From assembly GCA_963782525.1 (NCBI GenBank), contig CAWAKC010000001.1:384001-448000 (forward strand): DNA of 64,000 nucleotides, given 5' to 3'. The notes beneath the pieces are model-generated. The model ran no database searches, was not told where the DNA came from, and worked only from the letters and a program-made list of their open reading frames with translations. Shown one piece after another: positions 1 to 9,987 of the stretch (positions are counted from its first letter, which is position 1; each line of letters begins with the position of its first letter). The DNA comes from Candidatus Bathyarchaeota archaeon. GTDB lineage: Archaea > Thermoproteota > Bathyarchaeia > Bathyarchaeales > Bathycorpusculaceae. A program made the translations under genes and the position numbers.

Positions 1-1
1 G

Positions 2-142
2 AACCTCAACATTAGATCTAAAACCTCTGAAACCATACTCAATGAAACTCAACTACAACAGGTAACTAACGTTCTCTCTTCCACCAAGCATAAGAGGAAA
101 TCCAAGTCTAAGAAAAGAGTTAAAGCAGTAACCAAAACGTGA
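2..142 (+). CDS. Possible C-terminal end of a CDS entering the window (basic tail ...HKRKSKSKKRVKAVTKT*)
   Basis: Frame 2 is open from the window start to TGA at 140-142; no recognisable motif. Confidence 0.35.
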   Translation, partial: NLNIRSKTSETILNETQLQQVTNVLSSTKHKRKSKSKKRVKAVTKT

Positions 143-271
143 GCAACACTCTGTATTTTCTTTGCCTGCTGATAATTCAATCTGCCAATTCATTGCGCAC
201 ACCGGATCAATTTTTATTAAAAATTGGTTGCTCAAGGCAGGTTTATTATATTGAGTTCTTGATTTTTCAGA

Positions 272-919
272 ATGCAACCTCAAAAGAAAAAACTACCCGC
301 AAAGAATCATTGGAGCCAATACAGTTGCCCCACTGGCGCTTTAGGTAGGACAGTGGCTGCAAACATGAACAAGAGACATTGGGACTTGACGACTTGGGGG
401 CTAAAACATGTGAGCTTCAAGTCGGGTTTTGTAATTTTGGATGTGGGGTGTGGGGGAGGCAAAACCATAAGTCGTCTCGCAAGGCGAGCAGGGGAAGGTA
501 AAGTTTATGGTTTAGACCAATCTGCAGACATGGTTGAGTATTCAAGGCAAATCAACAGAAAACTTGTTGTTGAAAATCGTGTGGAAATTGTTAAGCGTAC
601 GGTTGAGAAAACGGGTTTCAAAGACGAGTTCTTTGACTTGGTAACGGCTATTGAAACCTACTATTTCTGGCCAAACCTCGTAGATGCATTTCAGGAGATA
701 AAACGTGTCCTAAAGAAAGGAGGATACCTACTGATTATAAGTGAAATGATTAAGGATGGCTTGTATGAAGTGGAGAATGCAAAAATAATTGCTAAAACGC
801 AGGTGCATCTTGTGCCTCTAGAGGAAATGCAGAGGATTTTGCATTCTGTTTGCTTTAGTAATGTAGAGGTTTATAGAAAGAGAAAATCGAATTGGAATAT
901 GGTTATTGCTCAAAAATAG
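272..919 (+). CDS. Class I SAM-dependent methyltransferase
   Basis: Motif I ILDVGCGGG, GLD acidic motif, FDLVTA and RVLKKGG. Confidence 0.9.
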   Translation: MQPQKKKLPAKNHWSQYSCPTGALGRTVAANMNKRHWDLTTWGLKHVSFKSGFVILDVGCGGGKTISRLARRAGEGKVYGLDQSADMVEYSRQINRKLVVENRVEIVKRTVEKTGFKDEFFDLVTAIETYYFWPNLVDAFQEIKRVLKKGGYLLIISEMIKDGLYEVENAKIIAKTQVHLVPLEEMQRILHSVCFSNVEVYRKRKSNWNMVIAQK

Positions 920-1094
920 TGTCTGGTTGCTATTCGTCAATCGTTCACATTACAAAATAATATCAATACGTTGATCCACTATTTCTAACAATAGCACACC
1001 AATAGCACAGTTTTTCACAACAATTATGAACTAATCACAAACACCCTTATATGGAAATATGAGGATAGTAATATCAAAAAACAACGGTGAAAAA

Positions 1095-1157
1095 ATGGAT
1101 AAACCATACCCAAAGAAAAACGCTCCAATAGAAATCCTGTACTTCCCACACGGATAG
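1095..1157 (+). CDS. Putative 20-aa small ORF (MDKPYPKKNAPIEILYFPHG)
   Basis: ATG preceded by GGTGA RBS at 1086-1090. Confidence 0.3.
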   Translation: MDKPYPKKNAPIEILYFPHG

Positions 1158-1166
1158 GCGAAAAAA

Positions 1167-1286
1167 ATGATTACAGAAACAAGTATACTCGTAATCGCGT
1201 TATGCACAAGCTCGTTAACGGCAGCATTCTTGTACTATAATACAAAATATCGAAAATTCATCAAAGAAATAGCTAACCACGCCTAA
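1167..1286 (+). CDS. Putative 39-aa single-TM small protein (MITETSILVIALCTSSLTAAFLYYNTKYRKFIKEIANHA)
   Basis: Hydrophobic helix followed by a basic segment; starts 9 nt after the previous small ORF. Confidence 0.4.
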   Translation: MITETSILVIALCTSSLTAAFLYYNTKYRKFIKEIANHA

Positions 1287-1351
1287 ACCAAACAAGGAGA
1301 TGACAAAAAAAATTAGACTTCAGTTAGCAATAAAACCTCAAACGACCCTCA

Positions 1352-1387
1352 ATCCCTTATAGCAAGGGATCCATACACCTTTTTTTT
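1352..1387 (+). terminator. Hairpin plus T-tract terminator
   Basis: ATCCCTT-atagc-AAGGGAT inverted repeat followed by a T8 run. Confidence 0.4.
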
Positions 1388-1545
1388 AAAACCAAAAATC
1401 GGTTTATCTTAATAAAAACTAACAAAGAATTGAATGACAAATATGCCTCATTAACAGAATTTGGGACATAAAAGTTGATACTTTGATTTATTGCCTCTAC
1501 TGGATTTAGCAAAGAAAACCATGTCACAGCAATGCGGTGGATAAT

Positions 1546-4500
1546 TTATTGCGCTTTTGATTTGTCAGATTTAACATATATTTCAACCTTCACTGGGACT
1601 GTGTCTTTCCCAAGGAATTCAGGCAGATTCCCGGTCCATTGCGCTGTTGAGTCAGCGGTGAAGCCAACGGTCTGCGAAATCCCTCGCCATAACAGCGCCT
1701 TGTCGTAGTCTTTGGCGTCTTGGGGCATGAACTCGAAGATTGATCTGCTTGCGATGATGACGAGTTTTTTCTTCATACGTGAGATGGCTACGTTGATTCT
1801 GTTTAAGTTGAGTAGGAAGTCGCTTTCGCTTCGGACGTAGTCGGGGTCGCTGACTGTGGTTGAGATAATGATGAAGTCTGCTTCGCCGCCTTGGTAACGC
1901 TCGACAGTATCGATTCTAGCGTTTTCGCATCCATCTGAGAGCATGTTTTTGAGCAAACCCTTCTGTGCGTTATGCGGTGTAATCACTCCCACGCCGTCGC
2001 CTTTTACGCTGCGAACCAACGCCTCCACAATCGAAGCCTCAACGAGGTTGGATTGAAAACTCTCCGCTTCATCATGAACGATCAACACAAACACGTTCTC
2101 AGGCTCCAAAACAACGCCTAACCCATCCGTCTTAGGTTCCGAAGCTGGCAACGTTTGTTTTTGGTCGGAGCGGAAATCAATCTTGTCCTTTTCATATACC
2201 CATTCCCGCAAAAACTCGGCCACGACCGAGTGGCACCTGTGGCTTTCACATAAACGTTCAGCGGGCAATTGGTCAGCGGAAATAGCCAACTCGGATTTGC
2301 GTTTTAAGCGTTCCACTCCAAGGTCTTCATTTCGCAGCAACCGCAGAAAATCCATCGCTGAAAGAAAAGACGCCATTTCCTCGAGCGTTCGGCGGTCTTC
2401 TTTTTCCCAGTTATGCGCTTGAATAGGCGGCAACTGCCGGTGGTCTCCTGCCACGAGAATCTGGCTGTTCTTGGTGAGAAATGAGCCTGAAAGTATCAGT
2501 TCGGGCAGACGCATCATGCTTGCCTCGTCAACTACGAGCAAATCGAAGAAGCCCTCACCCCATGGCGGCTCGGAATCGCCGATTTTCTTCATTAGCCCAT
2601 ACAATCCTGGAGGCGTGAGACATAAAATCAGGGGTTCTGACTCCGAAGCTGATGGAGTTAACGTTGACTGGTTCATTAAACAATCAGTTAATTCTGCAAC
2701 TGTCTCTTCGTCCTCATTGTAGTTGACGTAGGTGACACCTTCAAGGGGTTTAGCCGTTGAGGTGGCACTACTCAGTACCCGATAAATCATCAGGTCTTTT
2801 AGGTCGTTGCCGCCGCCTGTGCAGTATTCCCGCCAACACTTGGCGAGTTTGCTAACGAATTCTTGGATGGCTTTATGGGTTGGAGCAACCATCAAAACCC
2901 TGCACCTGCCATGTGCTCTGTGAGCGGCGACGTGTGCTAAAACCGTCAGCTGTAAAGTCTCAGTTTTCCCAGTTCCAGGCGGACCCTGCAACATAACAAT
3001 CTGCTCCTTACCGAAAACCCGCTCGATAAACCGCTGCTGCTCCGCTTTAGGAGAAAAGCGTCTAGCTGCAACCCAACGCAAAAACGGTAAAGCTGAATCC
3101 CGAGGCAAAGCCGCATGTGAAGAAGTCTCAGATTTACCCGCTAAAAAGCCCGACAACAAACCGTAGAGCACATTGTTGCCGGCATAATCAAGGCATTTAG
3201 CTGCCCGATCAGAAATAATGTCATCCGCCAACTCATCTAAAATGTAGATTCTGCCAACTTCGAAAAGTTGCATATATTTGCTCTTAGCTTTCTCGGGGTC
3301 AGTTGTTGGAAGGTTGTGCCAAGCACTGTATTTTCTGCCTTTTTTGCCACTGGGCCAGGTAACTACGTTGATAATTATTTCGCTCTTTCGAACATCCACT
3401 TTTTCCACGATTGCTCGGGCTGACTTTTCAACTTCGGCAGGCGAGCGTTTTTGGGCTTCCTCAAATTGCCCCTGCTCATTGCGCCTCAGTTCAGTTACAA
3501 CCATCCAATCGCCTGAACTAGACCCATCCGCACCTTTAACCCTGCAAGCATTAGCAACACAATCAGCCTTCGGCAAACCAATACCTTCGAAGAACAGTTT
3601 GCCCCGAACCACAAAATCCTTCTCTGACTCAGCAACGCCTGTGCACTCAAAAATCAGCGACCTGCCCGAAGCCACTCGCTGGTAAGGAAGCAAAGCATAA
3701 TGTTGGTACATTTCTTGGCGCTTTGAAAAATATTCTAAATCCAAAAATTCTCTGCAGCCACGCTCAAGTGTCGAAGCACCCAACGAAAAAGTTGCTATAG
3801 TAGGAACCGCAATCGGTTTCTTACCCAAACGTCTGTTGCGAATAGTCAGCGACCGCTCAATGTACTCGAGAGCCATACAGAGTTTTAATCCCATGAGGTT
3901 CAGTTCTTCGTCAGTGATTCTCCTTTTTTTCTGTACATAGTCGCACCACTTGTGCTTCTCGAGCAGAACTTTTGTTGGATAATTGTCTAAACGATTTTTG
4001 GCAGCCCACAAATACTCTATGGGGATTTGGTTGCCAAACCGAGCCCGAGCTGGGTAATAGCCATCTATGTGTCCGTATCCATTGTCAAGAAAATGGATTA
4101 AGCCATCAGGGTTTCTTTTGAAGGGAAGCGAATAATTAAACAGCCCATCGCGGAAAACTAAACGTAAATCAACCGATGAGCCATCTTTACGCGTTGCCAA
4201 CCACGCTTTATTTTCAAAAAAGATCGATTGCTCAAGAATTGGCAAAAGCCCAGTGCTATGATACTTTAGCGCCTTTCGATGCACTACTTCGTCTTGAAGG
4301 ATCGAAAACATGGGTTGATCGATAGCCTGTCTTAGACCCAAAAGATCTCTAATTGCCATAGCGCCTAGCAAAGTAGGTTGGCGACGAACTGCTTCCATAA
4401 GTACGTCTCGTTCCCCTCTACTGAAGAAGTAAAGGTGAATCGGGACTTCGTCAGGGTTGCCTACTTCAGTGGCGACTTTTGTGATAGCGGCAGTTAGGCC

Positions 4501-5880
4501 TTGGAAGAAGGTTTCCAGCAGCTTTTTTTCCTCATCCAAGCATTCTTTTCGATCGTCGGGAAGACTGCCAATTACATGCGAAACTTTTAACGGGTCGCCT
4601 TTGAAGCGTGAACAGCTCACCCTTGCACTAATCATCGAAATAATATCAAGCATGTAGTCACGTTCAACGAAGAGGTAAACGCGAATCATACTGTCTGGGC
4701 TGAACAAAAGCGCTGAGTCCACACCGTTTAATGGGCTATCTTCGGGAAGGCCGCCGTAACCTGTTCCTGTTAACCAGGGCATATACTTGCTTTTGCTGGC
4801 ATAGGGGCTGCTGGGTCGGATTCCACCAAGCATATATTGGGCCCGCTGAACCAGCCAGTCTAACTTGGCTCCGACGACTCGGTCGATAGCTAACAAACGC
4901 ACCTTCTCAGCATCTAAAGCGCGAATACTTTTGAAATCGTAGGGACGCAAATCACTAGATTCCAAAACAACCTTCAACCTTGCAAGGTCCTCTAACCGTT
5001 TAACTCCATAGTGCCCAAGAGCTCTCTGCTCACCCCTACTCAAATTAAGTAACGCAATACTTTCGTTTTCAACAGAACAAACAATACAATACTCGTTAAA
5101 CCCGCAGTTATCACATCTTGAGCCTAGCTGATACTCAACCTCGGGAAGAGGAGTCTTGTGAATTCGGTTTAACTCACCGTTTTCAGCAAGTAGACGTTCA
5201 ACATCTTGAATTAATGGGCTTAACTTGAATTTTGGGAGAGTTTCTGGAGTTAGATTTTCCAAATTCGTTTCCCGATTAATTACTCCACCTTCTAACTCGA
5301 TTTTAGGCAACAGATTCTTTAATTCTTTTGACAGGAGCAGAACGTAGATGGCTACTTGTATTCGGTGAGCAGTTTGCTCCAGCCAAGAAGATTTTAGCTC
5401 GAAAATTCTCACTTTCAATTTTTCGTCTTTACAACGCCAAATAGCAATCAAGTCGGCAATGCCCTTGATTTTCCAAACTCCAATCTTTCCCAGCATTGGA
5501 ACCTGATAAAGCAAAACAGGCTTACCAGCAGCAGTTTCTTTTGAAGAAATCTGTTCCTCAATTATTCTTCGCAAATTGTTAAACGAAGCCTGCTCGTTTT
5601 CAGAATAATTATTAAAATCATGGTAATCGGCTGATTTTTCCTTGAGTTCAGCGACTTTTTTCTCTTCAAGAGCCTTTCCAACACCGTAGAGAAGGGGGCT
5701 GATGGGCTTGAATGTGGGGTATTTGGGGCTTTCTGTCTCGTCATCGTCTTGGAGTCTTAGTTTAAAGAATCGGGGGCAGCAGTTGAATCGGATGTACTCT
5801 GCTATTCCAGAAGCAGTTAACGAATCCTTGCTTCGCTTCTTTTTGTATAAATGCTCTAAATCTAAGTCATCCTTGCTCAA
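1546..5880 (-). CDS. Cas4/RecB-like PD-(D/E)XK nuclease fused to a Dna2/Upf1-type SF1 helicase (1444 aa)
   Basis: N-terminal CCPR, GIADLI...ELKS...HRIQVAIY and CDNCGFNEYC; C-terminal QGPPGTGKT, DEAS, GDHRQLPP, ITPHNAQ, TVERYQGGE and NVAISR. Confidence 0.88.
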   Translation of the reverse strand: MSKDDLDLEHLYKKKRSKDSLTASGIAEYIRFNCCPRFFKLRLQDDDETESPKYPTFKPISPLLYGVGKALEEKKVAELKEKSADYHDFNNYSENEQASFNNLRRIIEEQISSKETAAGKPVLLYQVPMLGKIGVWKIKGIADLIAIWRCKDEKLKVRIFELKSSWLEQTAHRIQVAIYVLLLSKELKNLLPKIELEGGVINRETNLENLTPETLPKFKLSPLIQDVERLLAENGELNRIHKTPLPEVEYQLGSRCDNCGFNEYCIVCSVENESIALLNLSRGEQRALGHYGVKRLEDLARLKVVLESSDLRPYDFKSIRALDAEKVRLLAIDRVVGAKLDWLVQRAQYMLGGIRPSSPYASKSKYMPWLTGTGYGGLPEDSPLNGVDSALLFSPDSMIRVYLFVERDYMLDIISMISARVSCSRFKGDPLKVSHVIGSLPDDRKECLDEEKKLLETFFQGLTAAITKVATEVGNPDEVPIHLYFFSRGERDVLMEAVRRQPTLLGAMAIRDLLGLRQAIDQPMFSILQDEVVHRKALKYHSTGLLPILEQSIFFENKAWLATRKDGSSVDLRLVFRDGLFNYSLPFKRNPDGLIHFLDNGYGHIDGYYPARARFGNQIPIEYLWAAKNRLDNYPTKVLLEKHKWCDYVQKKRRITDEELNLMGLKLCMALEYIERSLTIRNRRLGKKPIAVPTIATFSLGASTLERGCREFLDLEYFSKRQEMYQHYALLPYQRVASGRSLIFECTGVAESEKDFVVRGKLFFEGIGLPKADCVANACRVKGADGSSSGDWMVVTELRRNEQGQFEEAQKRSPAEVEKSARAIVEKVDVRKSEIIINVVTWPSGKKGRKYSAWHNLPTTDPEKAKSKYMQLFEVGRIYILDELADDIISDRAAKCLDYAGNNVLYGLLSGFLAGKSETSSHAALPRDSALPFLRWVAARRFSPKAEQQRFIERVFGKEQIVMLQGPPGTGKTETLQLTVLAHVAAHRAHGRCRVLMVAPTHKAIQEFVSKLAKCWREYCTGGGNDLKDLMIYRVLSSATSTAKPLEGVTYVNYNEDEETVAELTDCLMNQSTLTPSASESEPLILCLTPPGLYGLMKKIGDSEPPWGEGFFDLLVVDEASMMRLPELILSGSFLTKNSQILVAGDHRQLPPIQAHNWEKEDRRTLEEMASFLSAMDFLRLLRNEDLGVERLKRKSELAISADQLPAERLCESHRCHSVVAEFLREWVYEKDKIDFRSDQKQTLPASEPKTDGLGVVLEPENVFVLIVHDEAESFQSNLVEASIVEALVRSVKGDGVGVITPHNAQKGLLKNMLSDGCENARIDTVERYQGGEADFIIISTTVSDPDYVRSESDFLLNLNRINVAISRMKKKLVIIASRSIFEFMPQDAKDYDKALLWRGISQTVGFTADSTAQWTGNLPEFLGKDTVPVKVEIYVKSDKSKAQ

Positions 5881-5989
5881 CCGTTGTCCACCTCTCTTTA
5901 GTAAACGCTCTCAGCTTAAACTAACCATAATTATTGTATTTACCGTAGCCTACGTTTAAAGGCATTACCAAAGAACCCGACTGCTAAGA

Positions 5990-6319
5990 TTACACTCTCA
6001 CCAGCAGAAGAGGAACCAACATACTTGACGAAACAGCCATTTCCACAGTTTCTGTTTTTCTATCTAACTTCAACCGGAGATGACAGTTTTCTTTTACGAT
6101 ACAATACTCACAACTTACATTTTCTTTTTGGGTTTGACAATCCATTACAATTTGGGCAAACATCTTCTCAACCTCGGGAAGCCACACATAGAGAGCACCC
6201 TGCTTATAGGCAATGTCAACTGTGAGGCAGCATTTTTGGTTGTTTGCCTTTGGTTTTTGTTCGATTGTCTTGAACATGAAAATGTGCAAAAAAATGTTTT
6301 TAAAGCATTTACTGCCCAA
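5990..6319 (-). CDS. Hypothetical protein (Cys-containing; start uncertain)
   Basis: ORF only, with CEYC...C. Confidence 0.4.
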   Translation of the reverse strand: MGSKCFKNIFLHIFMFKTIEQKPKANNQKCCLTVDIAYKQGALYVWLPEVEKMFAQIVMDCQTQKENVSCEYCIVKENCHLRLKLDRKTETVEMAVSSSMLVPLLLVRV

Positions 6320-6393
6320 TGTTTTCCCTAAGCATTCAGCTTTTTTATAGGAAAAGAAAATAGATTTGGGTTTAAATTCTGAGTCTTAGTTTT

Positions 6394-6759
6394 TTAGGTT
6401 GTTTCTTTGACTTTGATGTGTTCCGTAGCTTGCACTTTGTTTGTTTTGATGTCTAGCCAACAATGGAATAAGTCTTCGTTGCCCATTTTGTGGCTATGTG
6501 GCTCTGGCTGCACGTGCGAAACAATCATGCTGAAGCACACGTCGGAAATTGAGACCTTATAGTTTCCATTCGGAAGGACTTTCGCAGTTACGTGACTTTC
6601 GTCTGTTGGCGAGTTCCCGTAGGTACCTTCGTTTTCTATGTTTAGTTCATGTTCGAGCCAAAGTTCCAATAGTTCGGTGTTTGGTCGTTTTGGTTTTTTA
6701 ATCTCTTTGTTAATGAACTCAATGTATTGTTGCGGAATTGTTAATTCAAATTCTTTCAA
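6394..6759 (-). CDS. Hypothetical protein
   Basis: 121-aa ORF with plausible composition and an apparent internal duplication (ELWLEH / HCWLDI). Confidence 0.6.
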   Translation of the reverse strand: MKEFELTIPQQYIEFINKEIKKPKRPNTELLELWLEHELNIENEGTYGNSPTDESHVTAKVLPNGNYKVSISDVCFSMIVSHVQPEPHSHKMGNEDLFHCWLDIKTNKVQATEHIKVKETT

Positions 6760-6865
6760 ATCAAATACCCCGGTTTTGAGATTGAAGAATGCTGTATAAA
6801 TATTGATTGGAAATAAATTATGTGTAACCCCATCGCTCTAAAAAACGGGGTATGACCATTATGGC

Positions 6866-7999
6866 TTAAGTTGTTTTTTGGGCGTCGTTTTTGTTGTTGT
6901 GCAATTCTGATAGTTTGAGAAGTGCCTCTTTGTAGACTACAATTGAATCTAAGTATTCTTTGACGTCTATGTGTTCGTCTAGGGTGTGGTCGAGGTGTGA
7001 GTCGCCTGGTCCATACGTTACTATGGGAAGGTTCATGGCTTTTCCGAGGATGTTCATGTCACCAGTCCCTGTTTTGTGCAAAAGCGTTGCAGGTTTGTTT
7101 AGTACTTTCCTTACTGAAGATGAGAGTACATGAACTAGCGGCGAGGATTTGTTTACTTCAAACGGCTCCACAGTGTCAAGAACTGTTGACTTCACAGAAA
7201 CCTTTTGGTTAGCTGTTTGATACTTTGTTATTATTTTTTGTATCTGTTCAAACACCTGAGTTGTAGAGAACTGGATGGGCACTCGAACGTCTATGTTCAT
7301 TTCTGCTTCAAAGGGAACCACTGAGGTTGCTCTGCCACCCACAAGTCTAACTAAGCAGGCTGTGACGGCATTGTATGGGCTTGCTGATGGATCCAGCGAG
7401 GGGTATGAGGACGCATTTTTGATTTGTTCCCAAAGCTCAATGGATTTCTCCAAAGAATTATCGTAAAGCCAAGGAGTAGAAGCATGTCCAGTCTCCGTTT
7501 TGAGGACAATTTTTAGTTGGATTTGACCTTTGTACCCTATTGTTACGTTTTCTACACCGCTGGGTTCACCGAAAATGGCGTAGTCAGCTTTGATGCCCTG
7601 TGTGATTAGGTGTTTGACGCCTCGGCTGGTGGCTTCTTCCTCAACGACTGCGGCAACTAAGATTTTGCCCTTAAACGTGGGCTCTGTACCGGCAGCCAAA
7701 GCAGCCATAACCATTGCGGCAAGCGGACCCTTCGCATCCACCGCGCCTCGGGCGTAGATTTTCCCTTCCTCGATTCGGAGCGGCAGATGCCCAACCACGG
7801 TGTCCATGTGACCGCATAATAGGATGACTGGTTCGCCTTCGCCGACGACACCGATTACGTTTCCGATAGCGTCTTTGCCAACTTCAAAACCCATCTTGTT
7901 CATTTCCATTTCTAAGAAGTTAGCCGCGTCCTCTTCTTTGCCCGATGGGCTGTAGATCCCTAAGAGGTTAGTTAGGAACCGTACTGCTTGCTCGCTCAT
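6866..7999 (-). CDS. lysK: [LysW]-lysine/[LysW]-ornithine hydrolase (M20 family)
   Basis: GHMDTV, GRGAVDAKG, EEE, GEPS, GDMN and HTLDEH; operon context. Confidence 0.92.
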   Translation of the reverse strand: MSEQAVRFLTNLLGIYSPSGKEEDAANFLEMEMNKMGFEVGKDAIGNVIGVVGEGEPVILLCGHMDTVVGHLPLRIEEGKIYARGAVDAKGPLAAMVMAALAAGTEPTFKGKILVAAVVEEEATSRGVKHLITQGIKADYAIFGEPSGVENVTIGYKGQIQLKIVLKTETGHASTPWLYDNSLEKSIELWEQIKNASSYPSLDPSASPYNAVTACLVRLVGGRATSVVPFEAEMNIDVRVPIQFSTTQVFEQIQKIITKYQTANQKVSVKSTVLDTVEPFEVNKSSPLVHVLSSSVRKVLNKPATLLHKTGTGDMNILGKAMNLPIVTYGPGDSHLDHTLDEHIDVKEYLDSIVVYKEALLKLSELHNNKNDAQKTT

Positions 8000-9179
8000 T
8001 CTCTTCTTCCTCCAATACAGAATCTAAAACGGCTATGGCTTTGTCAATTTGTGCTTTCTCGATTACGAGCGGCGGCAGTAAACGAACTACGGTTCTGCCA
8101 GCATCCAACACCAAAAGTCCCTTTTCCTGTGCTTTTAGGAGTATGTTGTGAACGTCGTATCGTAGCTCCATACCCAGCATCAAGCCTAAGCCACGGACTT
8201 CCTTGATGATTTTATGCTTCGCCTGCAAAGCTTCCAGTTGCGACTTGAAGTATTTGCCGTTAACAGCTGCTCTATCGGCAAGTTTCTCGTCCAAGAGAGC
8301 GTCGATTGCAGCGCATCCTGCCGCGCAAACCAGCGGGCTTCCGCTGAAAGTAGTTGAGTGTTCTCCGACTTTGAGCGAGGACATGATGTTTTCCTTAGCA
8401 ACTGTTATCCCGATGGGCAATCCACCAGCAAACGGCTTGGCTAAGCACATAATATCTGGCGTGACACCCCAGTTTTGGCAACCGAACAGTTTTCCGGTAC
8501 GTCCAAAGCTGGTTTGCACTTCATCAAAAATTAACAGAACACCTTTTTCATTGCAGATTTCCCGAACAGCTTGCAAGTAACCGTCTGGTGGAACTCGGAT
8601 ACCTCCTTCTCCACGAATTGGCTCCATTAAGACTGCGGCGGTTTTGTCGGTTATGGCTTCGCGGATTTTGTCTGCGTTATCTGGGGCAACATGTTTGACT
8701 TCTGGAATTAGTGGCATGAAGGGTTCGCGATACTTTTTATCCCATGTCGCTGACAGGGCGCCCATTGTTTTGCCGTGAAAAGCCCCCATCAACGCAATGA
8801 TTTCTGGTTTACCCTTGTATTTGCGAGCGAGTTTTATGGCGCATTCGACGGATTCAGCACCACTGTTTGAAAGGAACGCTTTGTCCAATCCCTTGGGAAT
8901 TATTTTAACTAGTTTTTCTATGAATTCGGCGCGTTTATCGTTGTAATAGCAGCTGTGGCATGTGATGAGTTGTTCCACTTGAGCTTTTACTGCTGCCACA
9001 ATCTTCGGGTGACAGTGACCCAGAGCTGCAACGCCGTAGCTGCTTGCGCAATCTACGTATTCTCTGTCGTTAATATCCCATAGAAGTGCGCCCCTGCCAC
9101 GTGTAATGACAACTGGTTTTTTAGAGAAAACATTCGCTAAGTATCGATTTTCAATATCCATTATTTCTTTGTCATTCAC
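7968..9179 (-). CDS. lysJ: [LysW]-aminoadipate/glutamate semialdehyde transaminase (class III)
   Basis: NSGAES, FHGKT, DEVQT, PLP lysine in LAKP, STTFSG. Confidence 0.93.
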   Translation of the reverse strand: MNDKEIMDIENRYLANVFSKKPVVITRGRGALLWDINDREYVDCASSYGVAALGHCHPKIVAAVKAQVEQLITCHSCYYNDKRAEFIEKLVKIIPKGLDKAFLSNSGAESVECAIKLARKYKGKPEIIALMGAFHGKTMGALSATWDKKYREPFMPLIPEVKHVAPDNADKIREAITDKTAAVLMEPIRGEGGIRVPPDGYLQAVREICNEKGVLLIFDEVQTSFGRTGKLFGCQNWGVTPDIMCLAKPFAGGLPIGITVAKENIMSSLKVGEHSTTFSGSPLVCAAGCAAIDALLDEKLADRAAVNGKYFKSQLEALQAKHKIIKEVRGLGLMLGMELRYDVHNILLKAQEKGLLVLDAGRTVVRLLPPLVIEKAQIDKAIAVLDSVLEEEENERASSTVPN

Positions 9180-9981
9180 TGGTTATCACAGTTCCAACCT
9201 GATGATTTAGTGCTGAAGTAATTGGCTGTTTTGCGGTGCCTGAGGTTACAAGGACTTCTTTGACTCCCTGGTTTAGAGCTTCTAGTCCTGCGTGGACTTT
9301 TGTGCTCATGCCACCGCCAATTTTAGAGAGCACTTCTTTAACCTCAGTAGCTGCAATTTTTGGAACACGCTCGCCCTTAAGCATCAAACCTTCAACATCA
9401 GTTAACAGAATAAGTTTGTCTGCTTTGAGTGCGCCTGCTAGGATGGCTGCTGTTCGGTCGCCATCAACGTTGAGGGGCTCAAAATCCTGGCTCAAAGCTA
9501 TAGGTGTCACGATTGGCATGTAACCGTTCCCAAGCAACAGGTTTAGCAGTTCAGTGTTGACTTGAGTAATTTTGCCCGTATAGCCGCCATCCATAACCTT
9601 CTTTCTGCCGCGTTCATCCACTGCAATCAGCTTGGTTTTTCGTTCAGCTTTCAATATTCCAGCGTCAAGTCCACTCAAACCAACAGCTGGGATTCCTTGG
9701 CTTTGAAGGGCTAACACTATTTGTTTGTTGATTTTACCTGCCATAACCATAGTGTAGATTTCAATGGTTTCTTTGTCGGTGTAGCGGCTGCGGAATCCTT
9801 CGGGTGAGATGATGAATTTTTGTTCTTTTCCGAGTTTTGAGGCGATTTCGGTGACTTCGACGCCTCCACCGTGGACCAGAATGATTTTGTTTGTTCTTGC
9901 AACGTCTTTTAGGTCAGCAATTAGATCTGTGGATGCGCCTTCTTTTAGGATGCTTCCACCCATCTTAATAACAAGCAACAT
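9172..9981 (-). CDS. lysZ: [LysW]-aminoadipate/glutamate kinase
   Basis: IKMGGS, VHGGG, SRYTD, NVDGDR and GGMSTK. Confidence 0.93.
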   Translation of the reverse strand: MLLVIKMGGSILKEGASTDLIADLKDVARTNKIILVHGGGVEVTEIASKLGKEQKFIISPEGFRSRYTDKETIEIYTMVMAGKINKQIVLALQSQGIPAVGLSGLDAGILKAERKTKLIAVDERGRKKVMDGGYTGKITQVNTELLNLLLGNGYMPIVTPIALSQDFEPLNVDGDRTAAILAGALKADKLILLTDVEGLMLKGERVPKIAATEVKEVLSKIGGGMSTKVHAGLEALNQGVKEVLVTSGTAKQPITSALNHQVGTVITSE

Positions 9982-9987
9982 AGCAGA

